Shown in pieces: positions 25,037-39,740 of a DNA stretch of 64,000 bases. The position numbers and the translations under genes were made by a program. Origin of the DNA: Nageia nagi. Its lineage: Eukaryota > Plantae > Pinophyta. The stretch's first letter is position 1, and each line of letters starts with the position of its first letter. The DNA is taken from positions 27,714,001-27,778,000 of the forward strand of contig JBITNC010000001.1 of assembly GCA_050084985.1 (NCBI GenBank), read 5' to 3'. The notes under the pieces were generated by a model, which saw only the letters and a program-made list of their open reading frames with translations, did no database searches and was not told the DNA's origin.

Positions 25037-26349
25037 GAATTATGATGTTAGTGTGTATGCAATTTCGTTTCTGTAATGTAGTTTTCTCTACTGTCAACGC
25101 ACTAGGCTAATAACTAGGCCTTCCCTAAGTAAGAATTTTTTCATCTAACTGGATGAATGATATACTCTGGATTTTTTTCGGCTGCTTCTAAAGCAATTCA
25201 CGTACTCCCACTATCAGAAATCAAAAGGACTAATCTGTATTTGCGGTTGTGTATTTGGAGGGAACGGTGGACGGACTTCAGGAGGTGCAAATCCTTGTAG
25301 GATGATATAAAATATTATGTATTATATATTGTGCCTAATATTTACTTCATATACTAAATATACATTCTCTTCAAATATATACCTTGAGGAATTAAATAAT
25401 TTAATTTAATTGGATTGTATTAGTTTTATTTCTATTTTGAAACCACTGTAAAATAGATTTTGCATCGCAGCTGGATTAAGTATATCTTCAATATATGAGA
25501 GAGGAGAGATTGAAACTTGACTCTTTTTTTCTATTTAAGAATTTTAACTTATCCATTATTTTCGGACTTTTTTTCATATGATAAGACTAATTGTATTATA
25601 TGAAAGATATGATGAAAATATTTTTGAAATGTTGGAGTGATTTATGTGAATAAACAAATAAATTATTTCAAATAATATAATTAAATAATATTACTTTTAA
25701 GAAATGAATAATGGAAGAAGTGCATATTTAAGAAAAAAAGACTTTTGAGGTTGAGAATAACATATTCTCAATTTTAAGAGAGAGAATAAAAGAAATCATG
25801 AGTTTTAATGATGAAGACATACCATCATGAGTCTTAATGATGAAGACATACCATAAACCCAAATGTTAGAACTAGGAAATGATGAGGAAGTGAAAACTCT
25901 AGAGAAAGAAGAAAACAAAGCATAAGAAGAAGATAATACATGAACTAAGGAAGAAGAGGAAGAAAATGGAAAAAATGAAGAAGAAGAAGAAGAAGAAGAG
26001 ATAGAACAAGTTAACAAAGAAGACCTCGTCAAGCTGCAAATTGAACAAAAGGGAGATGATTCACAACAAGAACATCAAAAAAATATCGACCTACAAATGA
26101 AACCAAAAGAAAGAGAGTGAACACCAATATATGACAAAAAGTCAATAATAACATAGAAATACTATTACATTAAAGCATAACTCTCAGAAAAGGATCTGAA
26201 TGGAGAATTAAACAAAATATAAAAAATGGGATAAAGCTTTGAACAAATAGGGAAAGAGATCTTGAACTAGAAAATGGGTTTACACCTGCAAAAAACATGC
26301 AAAATCAAAGAAAAAATTGAAACTTATATAAATGATACATAGTGCTTCA

Positions 26350-26483
26350 TTTTTTTTTTTTTGAATAAATATTGCTTACATAATAGGGTTTTACAAGGGC
26401 CCTCATCCTTACTCCAGCTACTAGAACCCGAGACCTAGCTAAAACCAAGCCTAGACCCCACCACTAAGGTACCCATCATTGGG
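26350..26483 (-). mobile_element. Short retroposed insertion (5'-truncated LINE or SINE) with poly(A) tail
   Basis: T13 at 26350-26362; TSD tacatagtgcttca(tttt) at 26336 and 26484. Confidence 0.88.
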
Positions 26484-27049
26484 TACATAGTGCTTCATTT
26501 TGTATATTATTATAGCTTCATTTTGCAAAACGTTATATCTAATTATGTTTTGTAGTCTATGTGTGATATTTCGTACACATGGTCTATGGATGATTCATTT
26601 TGTACTATTTATATTTTGTAGAAGGTATGCTTCATTTTCTGGGTTCTGATAGACATATAGTTATGAATAAATTAGATACTTTGTCATAACTTTTTTTACT
26701 AAGGTTTCTGGAGACCCTTTCAAAACTCTAGTTTTTTAATTAATATCAAATTTACCTTAAATTGATAAAAAAAAAGATAAACTCATAAAAATAATAATAT
26801 TTTTGAAGAATTATTATCATGGTTATTTTCTAAATAATTTAATTATTGATATTCAATCTATTATGGACACTCGTAAGGAGTTATATAAATGAAAAAGATA
26901 ATAATGTATTCAAATAGATACATTTATTTTATGTATATGAAAGTAAGTATATTAATAGTTAAATGAGTATAAAGATATAGTAATTATGATTTGCAAATTA
27001 ACAAGAGGATATACAAAGAAGTTTTTTATATTGTGAGGTGTTATAAGGT

Positions 27050-28216
27050 TGTTAGTGAACATATTGTGTTCTTGTAGGGTGAACCTTAGATATAATCTAT
27101 CTTGATGATTCTAGAAAAAAACTATTCTAAAAATGATGATTCTCAATATGATATTACTAAAATTCGATACAAAAATGATATAGAATGACCTAATTCAATT
27201 GCAAGGATTAAAAATCTCAATATCATGATGTTAATGCTTTAATATGCTAATGTAAGAGCATTGGGAATTCTAAGCCTATATGCTTATAGACTAGTGTGTG
27301 TGTGTGTATAGACAGAGAGAGAGATACATAGAGATATTAATCTTAAAGCATTTATCTCTTTTCTTGGTATTGCAATCTTGAACATATTGTTGAAATAATA
27401 AGCTTGGCATCATATGGTTATGTTGGTCAATCGTGTTTTGTAGTTGTTTTAGAATAGTTATGTATTTATTGTCAAGTTTTGTGGTTGTTGGCAGTTTAGA
27501 GGAGTTTGTATAAGGAGTTTTTTATTTTTATAAAAGCCTATACAAGGTTGCATGTAAGAATCATTCAATGTTGCAACAAATAAAGCCTTGGTGTTTCATA
27601 TTTCATATATAGTTGTAGCAATAAAGAGTACCATTCTATTTTCTTTCTATTATTTATTTTTTACCTTATTATGTTTGTTAATGCTTTATTCTGTACTAAA
27701 ACTAATTCAGATTGTTTCAATTTTTATTTGATCTCCTAAATTCTAACAAATTGGTATCATAGCCAATGGTAAATGCTAATAATGGAAATGTTCAACCACA
27801 ACTTCTTTTATTTACTCAAAAAAATTATGATCACTAGAGAATTAAGATGAAGACATTATTTCGCTCTCAAGATTTATGATATTTGGTAGAGAAAGATTTT
27901 GCATAACCTACAAGTGAAGTTGCTTTCAATGGTTTAACATAATATGAGAAAAAATTTCTCAAGGAGAACAAGAACAAAGATGCAAAAGCATCCAATAGGA
28001 AATTGATGAAATATTTTTTGAAATGTTACAATAGTAACAAGGGCCAAACAAGCTTAGAAAAATCTTAAAAACAAGGGTCAATAATTCAAATTCATATGCA
28101 AGTCAACCTCAAACCACTAAAAAGAACACATATCAAGGCAATAGTAAGGTAAAAGTGGTAAGATTACAAGTTCGCATGGGAGATTTTGAATGCTTGCAAA
28201 TGAGTAATGTTGAGTC
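27050..28216 (+). mobile_element. Truncated degenerate copia (LTR, PBS, start of gag)
   Basis: LTR end ...CTAACA at 27748, PBS TGGTATCATAGCC at 27752, ATG at 27766 with a YDH*RIKMKTLFRSQDL motif; LTR start approximate. Confidence 0.75.
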
Positions 28217-28295
28217 CATTAGAATGTATAATACATTATTGTAAGGTTTTGTAAGGTTCTTCTTGTAAATTCATCAATACTTAAAGGTGTCCCTA

Positions 28296-29376
28296 CATTA
28301 CTACATTTAAGCGATTCCGTAATATTATATTAAAAAAAAATCATATAAATCATGATGCATCAATTGATGCTAAGGGTACCATAAAATAATGCATCATTTA
28401 TTGTGTCAATTATAACGTCATGCATTATGTCATATATCGAATTACAAACATCAAATAATTAATGCTATACATGATGTATAGGATCAAAATTACAAGAATA
28501 CATCAAAAAATGAGGGTTTTCATCATGCATCTTGTCAAATAATTAATATGTCTTCTCTACGCTTTCATATTTTGCATATATGTCTAATAAGGTACTCATA
28601 ACCATAACATTCGATAACATTTTTATTTGAAAGAGTCTTTTGATGTATGTATAAACCCTTTTGTAAATCTCTCAGTTTGGTGCATGCTTTGAGGATGCTG
28701 GGAAAGGTGAATTTGTTTGGTTGGACTACTGCTGGTGTTTATTGCATTTGGTGAAATAATTTCAATGCCTATTGAGGAAAGTCATGTCTTTAGTAACCTA
28801 AAATTATCATATTCCATGAGAAGATGTGTCATTTCAACATACAGTCAAAAACTTCATGGGCTTCCACCAAACTTTGAGGACCTCCTCTACCAAACTTCAA
28901 GGGTGGCTGAAGCATGCAATGCACATTTTGCTTACCTATATCAACTTGTCTTCAGCTCTTGTAGATTTGTATCAATAAAAATGCAAACATGTATCACTAA
29001 AAATGCCTTTATAAAGGGCAAGCTCCTTCATTTACTCATCAATGGAATCATACCCACCATTAAAAATCCATCGTTGATCAAGGGAATGCATCGATGATTG
29101 ATAGAGGATCATGCCATGATTTGCACCTTTTCTTCTATTCCATGTATCACTTGATGCATTATTTGATGCACTCAAATACATCAACTAATGTGTTAACTAA
29201 TGAGTCAAACAATATGTTAATTAATGCAGAAAATAATACATCCACCAATGCATCAAAAAATTGGTTTTATCTAGATTGATGTAGACATGCCAATCAGTAA
29301 TGCATCTTACATCATGACATAAAAATATAATTTTATGATGCATGGTATGATGTAAAAATGCTAAAAAGTAGTAGTG
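28296..29376. mobile_element. Non-autonomous CACTA element inserted in an LTR
   Basis: Termini CATTACTACATTTAAGC / GCTAAAAAGTAGTAGTG, TSD CTA/TTA, many GATGCATC-like subterminal repeats; removing it restores the LTR motif aaaggt...ataccttaag. Confidence 0.85.
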
Positions 29377-32300
29377 TTATATACCTTAAGTATTTAAGTG
29401 AATATGATAATGTAACTTATCTTACACTCCTCATGAGCATGCCCCTTAAGTAAAAAGGTGAAGCATATCATGTCTTTGTATAATGGTTAAAAGGGTGATC
29501 CAAGGGAGGATTTTGGCCTATAAATAGAAACCCTCTCCTTGAGATGATACACCAAAAGTTGAAGTAAGTTTATGTTCTAGGATTAGTGTTATGAGAAGAA
29601 GAAGAAAGGGTCTTGCAAGAGAGTTATCTCTATGAATGAGAAAGATCTTAGTTAGTGGATATACTATCATGGTTGGAGGAACCACTTACATCTCGTGTCA
29701 ATTTATGAGATAATTTATGCTTTGAGTGTTGATGTTTAAGAGATATTTCATATAATTTTGGGCATATAGGAATTGGGTATTTAGTCTTAATTCCATCATT
29801 TGGTATTAGATCTTAGTGTGAAGGCTCTTCTTCAACATTGTTTTGAAGGTTCATCTCACTCCTTCTTCCATCTTCTTTGGTGAGGTAAAAGGTTTGTGAA
29901 GGTATAATCACCAACCCTCTTATTTTTTTACTTATTCATTTTTGGATCATCTCATTATATTACTAATATTTTTTTGTTAGTTGCATTTTTTTTATGAATT
30001 TGATTACAAGTACCAACAATATATTATAGATTTTGATGGATACAAGCCTTTTGCAATTTTTTTATAAAACTACAAATTTTTGTATCTTTTAAAAAATTAC
30101 AATTTTCTTACATGATATATATATATATATATATATATTTTTTATATTATGCATTTTTTCTTATATGAGATAATCCTTGATTTTTTTTAAATAAACAATT
30201 AAAAGAAAAAAAAGGCAAGTACATGCTTAAATCAAGATTAGAATGTTTATTCATCTTCAAAAGGTCCCTAAAAACAACTTTGTTAACTCATATGGGATTG
30301 AATAGAGTAAACATGATAGTCTTAAGCATTAATAACCATTGAGATTCTATCAAAAAATTATCTTAATTGTATAATTGTTGATGTTGGAATGGAAAACTAC
30401 TATCTGTATGAAAATGTTAGACCCATATTAGTCATAATTAAAAAAGAGGATGAAATATGGGAGATGTATTTTGATGGATTTAGATACAAATAAGGTGCTA
30501 GAGCAGGGTTCATACTCAATCCATCTAGACAATATATTAAAATATTCTCATACCACATTAGATGGGATTGCAATAATAATGTAGTAGAATATGAAGCCTT
30601 ATGTTTAGGTTTGAATCAAGCTATAAAGATAGGTATTAGATATCTCAAAGTTTAAGGTGACTAAAAATTGATCACCAATAAAGTGACTAATAAATTTAAT
30701 GTTAGACATCACTAATTGAAGATATACTAGAATAAAATGTGGGATTTGATGGAAATTTTCCTATCTCTAAACTTCAAGGTTATCCCTAGGAGGTATAAGG
30801 TGTCCATTTTGACCTGACTCATCATATAAGAGATATATATGGGGTTAAAGTGATATACAAACCTTTAGTACCTGATGTGTCATGTTATTGGTAAGTCTTT
30901 CACTATAATGAAAGGATTATGGAGTTTTTAGAAGATGAGATAATTTATCACATTCATTGAATGAATGAGTTACCTAATTATTTCTAGGAGGAAAACATAA
31001 TTCAATTAAGGAACAAAGTTATTCCTAAAGGATTTATTTCTTTTGAGAATGTATTTGATGCAAAAGATCAATATAAAGATAAAGCTTTGGCTTTGCAAAA
31101 AATATAGTCATAAGGAAGTTGTTAATTGGCCAAGAGAAAAATATCAAAATTGGCTTAAAATACACTTAAGAAGAAGAGAGCCAAGTTATTGAATTATACG
31201 AGGAATATTCTATTATAATTGCATGGAAATATAATGACTTGAAAACATATAATCAAGATGTTATACAACACACTATAGAGTTGGTTCCTAGAGCTAAGCG
31301 CTATCGACCAAAATATTAAAGACCAATAAACTCAAAAATTAATGAGGCTATGAATTAGGAATTATTGAAACTTTTGAATGCTAAGATGATATACTTTATC
31401 ACACATACAACCTAGGTTGCTAATTTAGTACTAGTAAGGATGAATAATGTGGAAATAAGACTTTATGTTAACTTCAAAAATCGAAATAAGGATTCTCTTA
31501 AAGATAATTATCCACTTCCTCCTATGGAGCAAATCTTGAATATTATAGTCGGTGCCTATTATTTTTCAACGATTAATAGATTCTCTAACTTTAATCAAAT
31601 AAGTAAGAGGATCAACACAAGATAACATTTACTACCAAGTGGGTTACCTTTGCTTTCCAAAGAATGTATTTTGGTTTTTCAAATATCAAGGCTATATTTT
31701 AGCAAGCTATGGATCATGCATATGGTGAGTTGATCAGTAAGGTTTTCCTAGTATATATTGATGGCATAATTATTTTCTTTAAGGATGAGAAGGACCACAT
31801 ATATAATCTTTAGGTGATATTTGAAAAATGAAAAGAGTTAAAGATTTATATTAATCCAAATAATTCCATTTTATGGTTAACTAAGAAAAGCTTCTTAGTC
31901 ATCTACTATTAAATAGGGATTATTAATAAATCATGACTAGGTGAAAGTCATTAAGGCATTACCTTTTCCTTCAAACAAGAAATTCTCACAATTATTTTTA
32001 GAGGAAATAAACTTTGTAAGAAAGTTTATTAATGGTTTTTCCAACATTATATTACCTATCACTGCAATGTTGAAGAAAGATGCACACTTCATATGGTCTC
32101 CAAAATCCAAGAAAGCATTTCATGAGATCAAGAAAGCTATTATTAGATCATTTATCCTTAAAAATCATAATTTTTTAAAGGACTTAATTATGTATGTTGA
32201 TTATGTTAATAAGAGCATAGTGGTTATCCTTACTTAAAGGAATGAGAATGAAGAAAAGCATCCAATTTCTTTCCATATTAAAACATTGCATGATCATCAA

Positions 32301-33557
32301 GAAAGACAGTATTTTTTTGAGAAGTAAGTGTTTACTATTTTGAAAGGACTAAAAAAGTTTAAGCATTATGTATCCCTGAGTTCTTATCTATACTATTCAC
32401 TTTGATGTCTTGAATTACGTAATTCAAGGAGATCTAAGAGAGGGAAAACATGTTTAGGCTACCAAAATTCTTAAATTTGATGTTGAGATAAATCCAACTA
32501 AGATAGTACAGGGATAAGCTTTATGTGAAAATATTATAATGGATGCTTAAATTATTACATTCATTAGAGAAGTTGAAATATTACCTAACTAGGAGATAAA
32601 CTGGATCAAGCAATTCAATACTTATTTTATAACTAAGAAATATCAAGAGATATTTGATAAATCTTAAAGGAGAAGGTTTTGTTTACAAAAATTGAACTAT
32701 ATTATTATTGATGATTTCTTATATAAAATGAATTTTGATTTAACTATCCTTATATGTGTCTCTCATAAGTAAGTGGCTTAAATATTGCATGAATTTCATC
32801 ATGGTTTCTTAGGAGGACATTACTGTAGATAGATAACAACAACTAAGATACTACAAGTTAGATATTATCGATTGACCATCTTTTAGTATTCATATAAAGT
32901 GTCTAAACAATGTGAAAAGTGAAATTGGTTTTTAGGAAGAACAAGAAAATTTGTTATACCTTTCAAACCAATCATTGTTTAAGATTATTTTCAGTATTAG
33001 GGCCTTCATTTTATGGGGGTTATCAACCAAAATTCATCAATCGGCCACAAATTCATCCTAACAACTATTGATCTTTTACCAAATGGTATGAAGAAATCTA
33101 TGTAGAAATGTGGATAAAGAATCAATGATAAATGTGCTACAAAGAGTGATTATATAGTTTGGGATCTCTCAAACAATTATTTCATATTATAGTCCAATCT
33201 TTCTAGGACAAAAGATCTCTCAATTTATTTCAAATTATGGCATCTATTAGAAAACCTCTTCCAATTATTATCCATAAGGTGATGGGTTAGTAGAACCAAC
33301 AAATAAGAACATTACCTAGATAAATAACTATAAGATTAAAAAAATCAAAGGCAATGACATAACAAGTTAGGTTTGGCATTACTGGTATATAGAATAAGTA
33401 TCAAGAATGTAATCAAAACTTCTTCATATGCACTAGTATATAGTAAAAGACCAATATTGCATATCCGCTTAGAATTATCATCTATTAAAATATTACAGTA
33501 ATTGCAAGATCCAAATATTGAGGAATGTTAGAGGAAGAGTGAAAAAAAGGCATATAT

Positions 33558-36500
33558 TGTAAACACCTCCAAAATGCATTTTGATCATTAAAACATAAAA
33601 AAATATCAAAGGACCTAGTTTGGATGATCTTGAGGACCTAACCATTTGAATGACTTGTCTAGATGACCCTGAGGACCTAACCATTTGGATGGTTGGTTTA
33701 GACGATCCTGAGATCATAATTGTTCAGATGACTGCATAACTATTAGGACGATCCTGATTGTCTTTTTTATAAAAGGGTAGTTAAGATGTCATTTTGTTGA
33801 TCTTAGTCATTTTTCATAGAATTTCTTGAGTTTGCAAAGCACTTATAGAGAAAAAATAAGCATGAATAAGCTACATTGAGCACTCATCACCATCAATTAG
33901 GATTTTACAAGAAATCCACTATGGATTAGCATTTGCAAGGTTATCCCACCCCACCATGAGTGGATTAGAGGTATCTTTCTTATGAATTTTGAGTATACAT
34001 GCATATATATTATTTGTGTGAGGGTTTTGTAGGTCTTGGAAAGTTTAAATAACACATGTATCCTTCATTAGACATATATTTGCTTACTTGCATATGCTTG
34101 TGTGACATTTAGGCATCTTTTAGACTAATATCATTCTAGACGCAAAGCATTGTAAAGATCTATCATAGTTGTATCTTTTTGTATGTGTGAGCATACCCTT
34201 TTGATCATTGTAGCATTATCATTGTGTAAAGGATATTGGATATTAATTATAGCATAACTCTTATGTTTATATCATTATTTGATTATTTATCGGTTATTTG
34301 CATGCTTTAGGCTTAAATTATCTTTAGTTCATCATTTGACTTATCACCATTCTTGTTACATCATTTAGCATTTGTCAATATCATTTATCATTAGCAACAA
34401 GGAAAGAGCATATCATCTTGCATTAAAGCATGATTCCTTATCCTTTTTTCATCCATTTGAATGTGGAAAAGGGGGCTTGCTCTCCTATTGAGCTAGGGCT
34501 TATCCTACTTGATTGGCCATAAGGTATTAAGGACTTGTGGCTAGAGGCTTTCCTTTAACATATTTTATTTTGTAGGTCTCCATAGATATATCAAGATCAA
34601 AAACATTAAGAACAAACCATAATTGATACTTAGCATGGCCATTTAATCATCAAGATTAACTCTATCACATATTTACTTAATAAGCTCTTTATACCTTGAG
34701 GTTTTGTTGTAAATGGTTCCCTAACCTCTTATTTTAAGGATATTTTGAGGCTTACAAAATGGCGATCATGATGGGACCCTATTAGTCCTTGATCTTCAAA
34801 AATAAAAGGGGGTTTCTAACCCTCTAACTTATTTTTTGGAGTTTTTTTTGTTTGGATATTTCTTACTTTTTAGGGAACTTCAGTGGCTCATTTTTTGTAG
34901 GAAGGCTTTTTGGGAGTGTACATAATTTGATCTAAAAATTTCAAGGGCTAAATCTTCATCAAAAGCTAATCATTCTTCATATGAAAAATTGCTGAATCAT
35001 CCTTCATACAGATAACTGCGTAATATTCCTACAAACAAACAACTGCATAATAGTCCTACAAATGGACGATTAGGAATAGTCCTATAGGTGGATGACTGGG
35101 AATAGTCTTGCAAGTGGACGAATGTGTAATTGTATGAATAACTATGTAATCATCCTACAGAAGTATGATCCTAATTGTCATAAATATTTAAGCATGTTAG
35201 AGCTTTTATTTAGCATCGTATCATAGATTAGTGTTGATAACAATCCATTATCAAGTTTGGTTATAAAAATATAAGTGTCCTTGTCATAGGATGCATCGTT
35301 TACCATTGTCACATGGTTTTTTGGTGTAGGCTAATTTCTAGCTTTAAATTTTTATCTCTAAGTGCACTGTGATCATTCGAATGACTTCTGATCACCTGGA
35401 TGATCGACATTGTTCCCATAGTCATCCCTATAGTGGAAAATTTTATGGTAGAGTTTTGTAATGATCATTTAGCCAACCAGTGTAGAGCAAGAAGGAACAT
35501 TCTTAGATCAGGTCAATATTTGAATTTCTTTCTGTACCTGGTCCATATTATTCGGTTGCTCTTTGCATATAGGATTACCATCTCTCTTTAGTGAAATTTG
35601 CATTACATTTTGGGGGAGTGGTGCATACACTTGGAAATTTCCTCTGGTGCTTAAAAATTACAATATTGGATAAGGGTTTAATTTTTGTTTTGGGAATCTT
35701 TGTTGATTCTTGGTGCATAAAAAGAATTGCTATCTTTCCATTATTTTTTATTTGAAAAGAAAAGGAAAGCTTTTTATCACTTTAACATACTAAGGCTAGG
35801 ACTGCCTTGGATTTTATTTTAAAAAGCAAGTATTTGGGAGGTGTAATTGCATTGCACTATCATCCTAAGATTGCATCTCATATTTTCTCATTGTCCTAAA
35901 ATCCTTCACAAGCCTAGGGAGTGACTAGGGCATGTGGATTTCATCACCATAGCCTAACCCATACTTGTATTTCATCATTAAGGTAGGAGCCCCCCCATTA
36001 TTCATGAGGAATGTGAATAGGGGTACTTGATACACCCTTGTAAAATAATTCACCCCCTAGATATTGAGCCTTACCCTTTAAACACTTGACTAGAATCGTC
36101 TATAGGAAAACTAAAAAAAGAGTCAGAATTTACAATTACATCTAAAATCAATCCTCATTAATAAGTTAAGTCTCAATTGAACAAGAATTAACTAAACAAG
36201 TAATCACCATTGCTATCTTGATCATATAGAATTTATATTTTTGAAAGGGTTATCATATAGGTTGTGTGAAATTACTTTGCATATACTAAAACAAGAAACA
36301 AAAAAAAAAAAGCTTTGTGTTACATTGCTTTGAGTTATTTAGCACCATTGTGATATTGTATTATTGTTCTTTTATTATTTTGCTCTCTTATTTTGTCATT
36401 TTATCCTTCACCATGAGTACCAATCCTTTCCTAGATTCTTTTGAGGATTTAGATGATATATTTGTCAACATGAATGAGAATAGACCTTCATCTAGGTCTC

Positions 36501-39500
36501 CATATTCACCTAATGTGTCATCCCATCATTCCATGTCATCCCCCATATCACATCCATTACAGGTCATTAATCATCCCTTCTTTAGCAACATCCCCTTATA
36601 TACTAGGGAGAGTTTTCTTAGGGATCCCATGGTTCAAAATCATTTGGCATTATTTTTTGAGCAATTTCAACTTAATCAAATTCAACATCAAAGTATACCA
36701 CAACCTTCTTAGGTTGATGATCTTTCACATCGTTTTGATCCTTCACATCATGACCTTCATTCACCATCTTATCAACAAGGTGGGGGTTGGATTAGCCTCC
36801 TAATTCCCCACTTTCTTTGTCTTTGTCCATGGTTCCTTTACTTTTAGTGGGTCTCCTTCCACTCATGTTACAATGAATCAAGTTCCATCTCACAAATTAT
36901 GGCAAGTGGCATCAAGTAAACCTCTAGGTAGGCCTAAGCCTAAATAAAACCTTGATCAAAACTCATATGCTCCCCATCATCATGAGGAGTCTTTAAGTCC
37001 TTTGATCAAGTTTTATTCTAGTCCTTTTCATGAGTTAGGGGTTCGATATAGTTTCAAGCCCTTGAGGATGCCAAATCAAACTCGATCACATAAATTTGCT
37101 TATGTTGGTCAAGCTAATACATCCTATCAACCAAACCAAAAAAATCAAATGCAAAGCAACTTTCATCAAATGGGTACTCAAAGGATATCATGTCATGCTC
37201 CATCATACCATCATCAGAGTCCATGATATAACCAAAACATGGCTCAACCAACATACCAAAAATAAAGGTACCAAATGCAATATGTGGATCAACCAATGTA
37301 TCAACAACAACCACATTATCAAGTGCAAGATATGTCAAGTCAATTGCCTCCAACAATAAATGATGATATATTAAAGAGGTTACGTGACATGTAATAAAGG
37401 ATTGTTAATCAATCTTCAAGCAAGATAAGCTATAACAACATTATCAATGGACCTATCAACCCACTAATTCCAATCAAGCAATTTCCTTTTAGATTTGAGA
37501 TACCACATATGAAAAATTTTAAAGAAAAATAGGATACAAGGGAATACTTAAGACAATTCAAATATTATTGCTATATCATATTGAATGATGATAGCCTTAT
37601 GTTAATGTTATGAATGTTTCCTATGATGCTAACAGTCCAAGCTTTAGATTGGTATAACAACTTGCCACAACACAACATTTATTCTTTTGGATAATTTGTT
37701 GATTAATTTTTGAACCATTTTGCTATTAACATGAGGAAAAGAGCATCTATCATAAATTTAAACAAACTATCACAATTTGAGGATGAATCAATCAATGATT
37801 ATGTGGCAAGATGGAGGGCTATTGTAACTAATATTCCATATACTCTACCTCAAGATGAGCTCATCAAAATGTTTGGAAGAAGTTGTAATAAATATATTGC
37901 CCAAATCTTGCAAATACAACAACACAAAATGTTTGAAGAAGTATTATTGCAAGCAAAAATGTAAAGGAGGTTAAAACACAATCAAGTGACATCAAATTAC
38001 ACAAGAAGAATAACAATAATGATTAAATGTATAATGATAGTGGTAGCAACAATCAAGTATATCAAAATCCCTACAACAATCAAGTATCTTATGATGTCAA
38101 TTAAGTGCAACCAATCATAGAAATGCAACCTCCATCGCAACTAAAAATAAGAGAATGAGATCAACTTAATGAGACAACATCTTTACAACAAAAGCAAAAG
38201 AGAAACTTCACTCCTTTGGGTGAAGCTTTATTGGATATATTACGAAGGGTGCTTTAAGAAAATATCCCAATGTTGCCTGAAGTGAGAGAGATGAAGGGTG
38301 CTGCAAGCAAATATCATGTTATAAGTCAAGCATTTGTCACATATTTCCATAAATTGGGTCATCCTACATCAATCATATATTTGAGATCATTTAGCACTTA
38401 TCTCTCAACATTAAATAGGTTTGCATACCTATATCCATCAACCATCCTAGTTAGCAAAATATCATTGATAATTATCATACAAATATTGTTCATAATTCAA
38501 ACCTTTAACATTTATCTTGAGCTTTTGTACTAACCCTTGCATGCTTGCAAGGGTCAGTTCAAAAGGGGGTAATTGTAAACACCCCTAAAATGCATTTTGA
38601 TCATTAAAATATAAAAAATCATCAAAGGATCTAACCATATGGATAAATGGTCTAAATGATCCTAAGGACCTAACCATCTAGATGATCCTAAGATCATAAC
38701 TATTTGGATGACTACGTAACCATTTAGATGATCCTGACTATCTTTTTTATAAAAGGGAAACTAAGACATCATTTTGCAAATCTTAGTCATTTTTCACTAA
38801 ATTTCTTGAGTTTATAGAGCACTTATAGAGTAAAAATAAGCATGAACAAGCCACTTTGAGCACTCATCACCATCAGTTGGGATTTTACAAGAAATCCACC
38901 ATGGATTAACTTTGCAAGGTTATCTCACCCCACCATGAGTGGATTAGAGGTATCTTTCTTATGAATTCTAAGTATACATGCATATATCCTATTTATGTGA
39001 GGGTTTTGTAGGTCTTGTAAAGCTTAAAGGACACTTGTATCCTTCATAAGACATAGATTTGCTTACTTGCATATGCTTGTGTGATATTTAGGCATCCTTT
39101 AGGCTAATATCATTCTAGACTCAAAGCATTATAAAGATCCATCATAGTTATATCTTTTTGTATATGTGAGCATACCCTTTTGATCATTGTAGCATCATCA
39201 TTGTGTAAAGCATATTGGATATTGATGATAGCATAAATATTATGTTTATATCATTATCTTGATTATTTGTTGGGTGTTTGCATGCTTTAGGCTTAAATCA
39301 TCTTTTGTTCATCATTTGTTATCACTTGTCACCACTATTGTTACATCATTTAACATTTATCAATATCATTTATCATTAGCAATAGGGAAAGAGCATATCA
39401 TCTTGCATTTAAGCATAATTTCTTATTGTTTTGTCATCCATTTTAATGTGGACAAGGGGGTCTACTCTCCTTTTGAGCTAGGGTTTGCCCTACTTGATTG

Positions 39501-39740
39501 GCCACAAGGTCTTAAGGACTTATGGTTAGAGGCTTCCCTTTAACATATTTTGTTTTTCAAGTCTCCATATATATATCAAGATCAAGAACATCAAGTACAA
39601 ACCATCTTTCATACTTGGCATGGCCATTTGAGAATCAAGATTAACATTGTCAAAGATTTACTTAATAAGCTCTTTAGACCTTGAGGTTTTGTTGTAAATG
39701 GTGCCCTAACCTCTTCTTTGAAGATATTTTGAGGCTTACA
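33558..39740 (+). mobile_element. Non-autonomous gag-only gypsy-type LTR element (LTRs 33558-34756 and 38574-39740)
   Basis: TGTAA...TTACA LTRs of ~1.2 kb, TSD TATAT/TATAC, PBS TGGCGATC at ~34760, PPT AAAAGGGGG at 38561; decayed gag at 36413-38300 (QFEDESINDYVARWR); no pol seen. Confidence 0.9.

Noticed and set aside
25805-26330. Glu-rich gene upstream of MSH3
   Set aside because: Low-complexity GAA-rich sequence broken by many stops; no assignable domain.
27294-30138. (TG)n/(AG)n and (AT)n microsatellites
   Set aside because: Ordinary short repeats inside TE relics.
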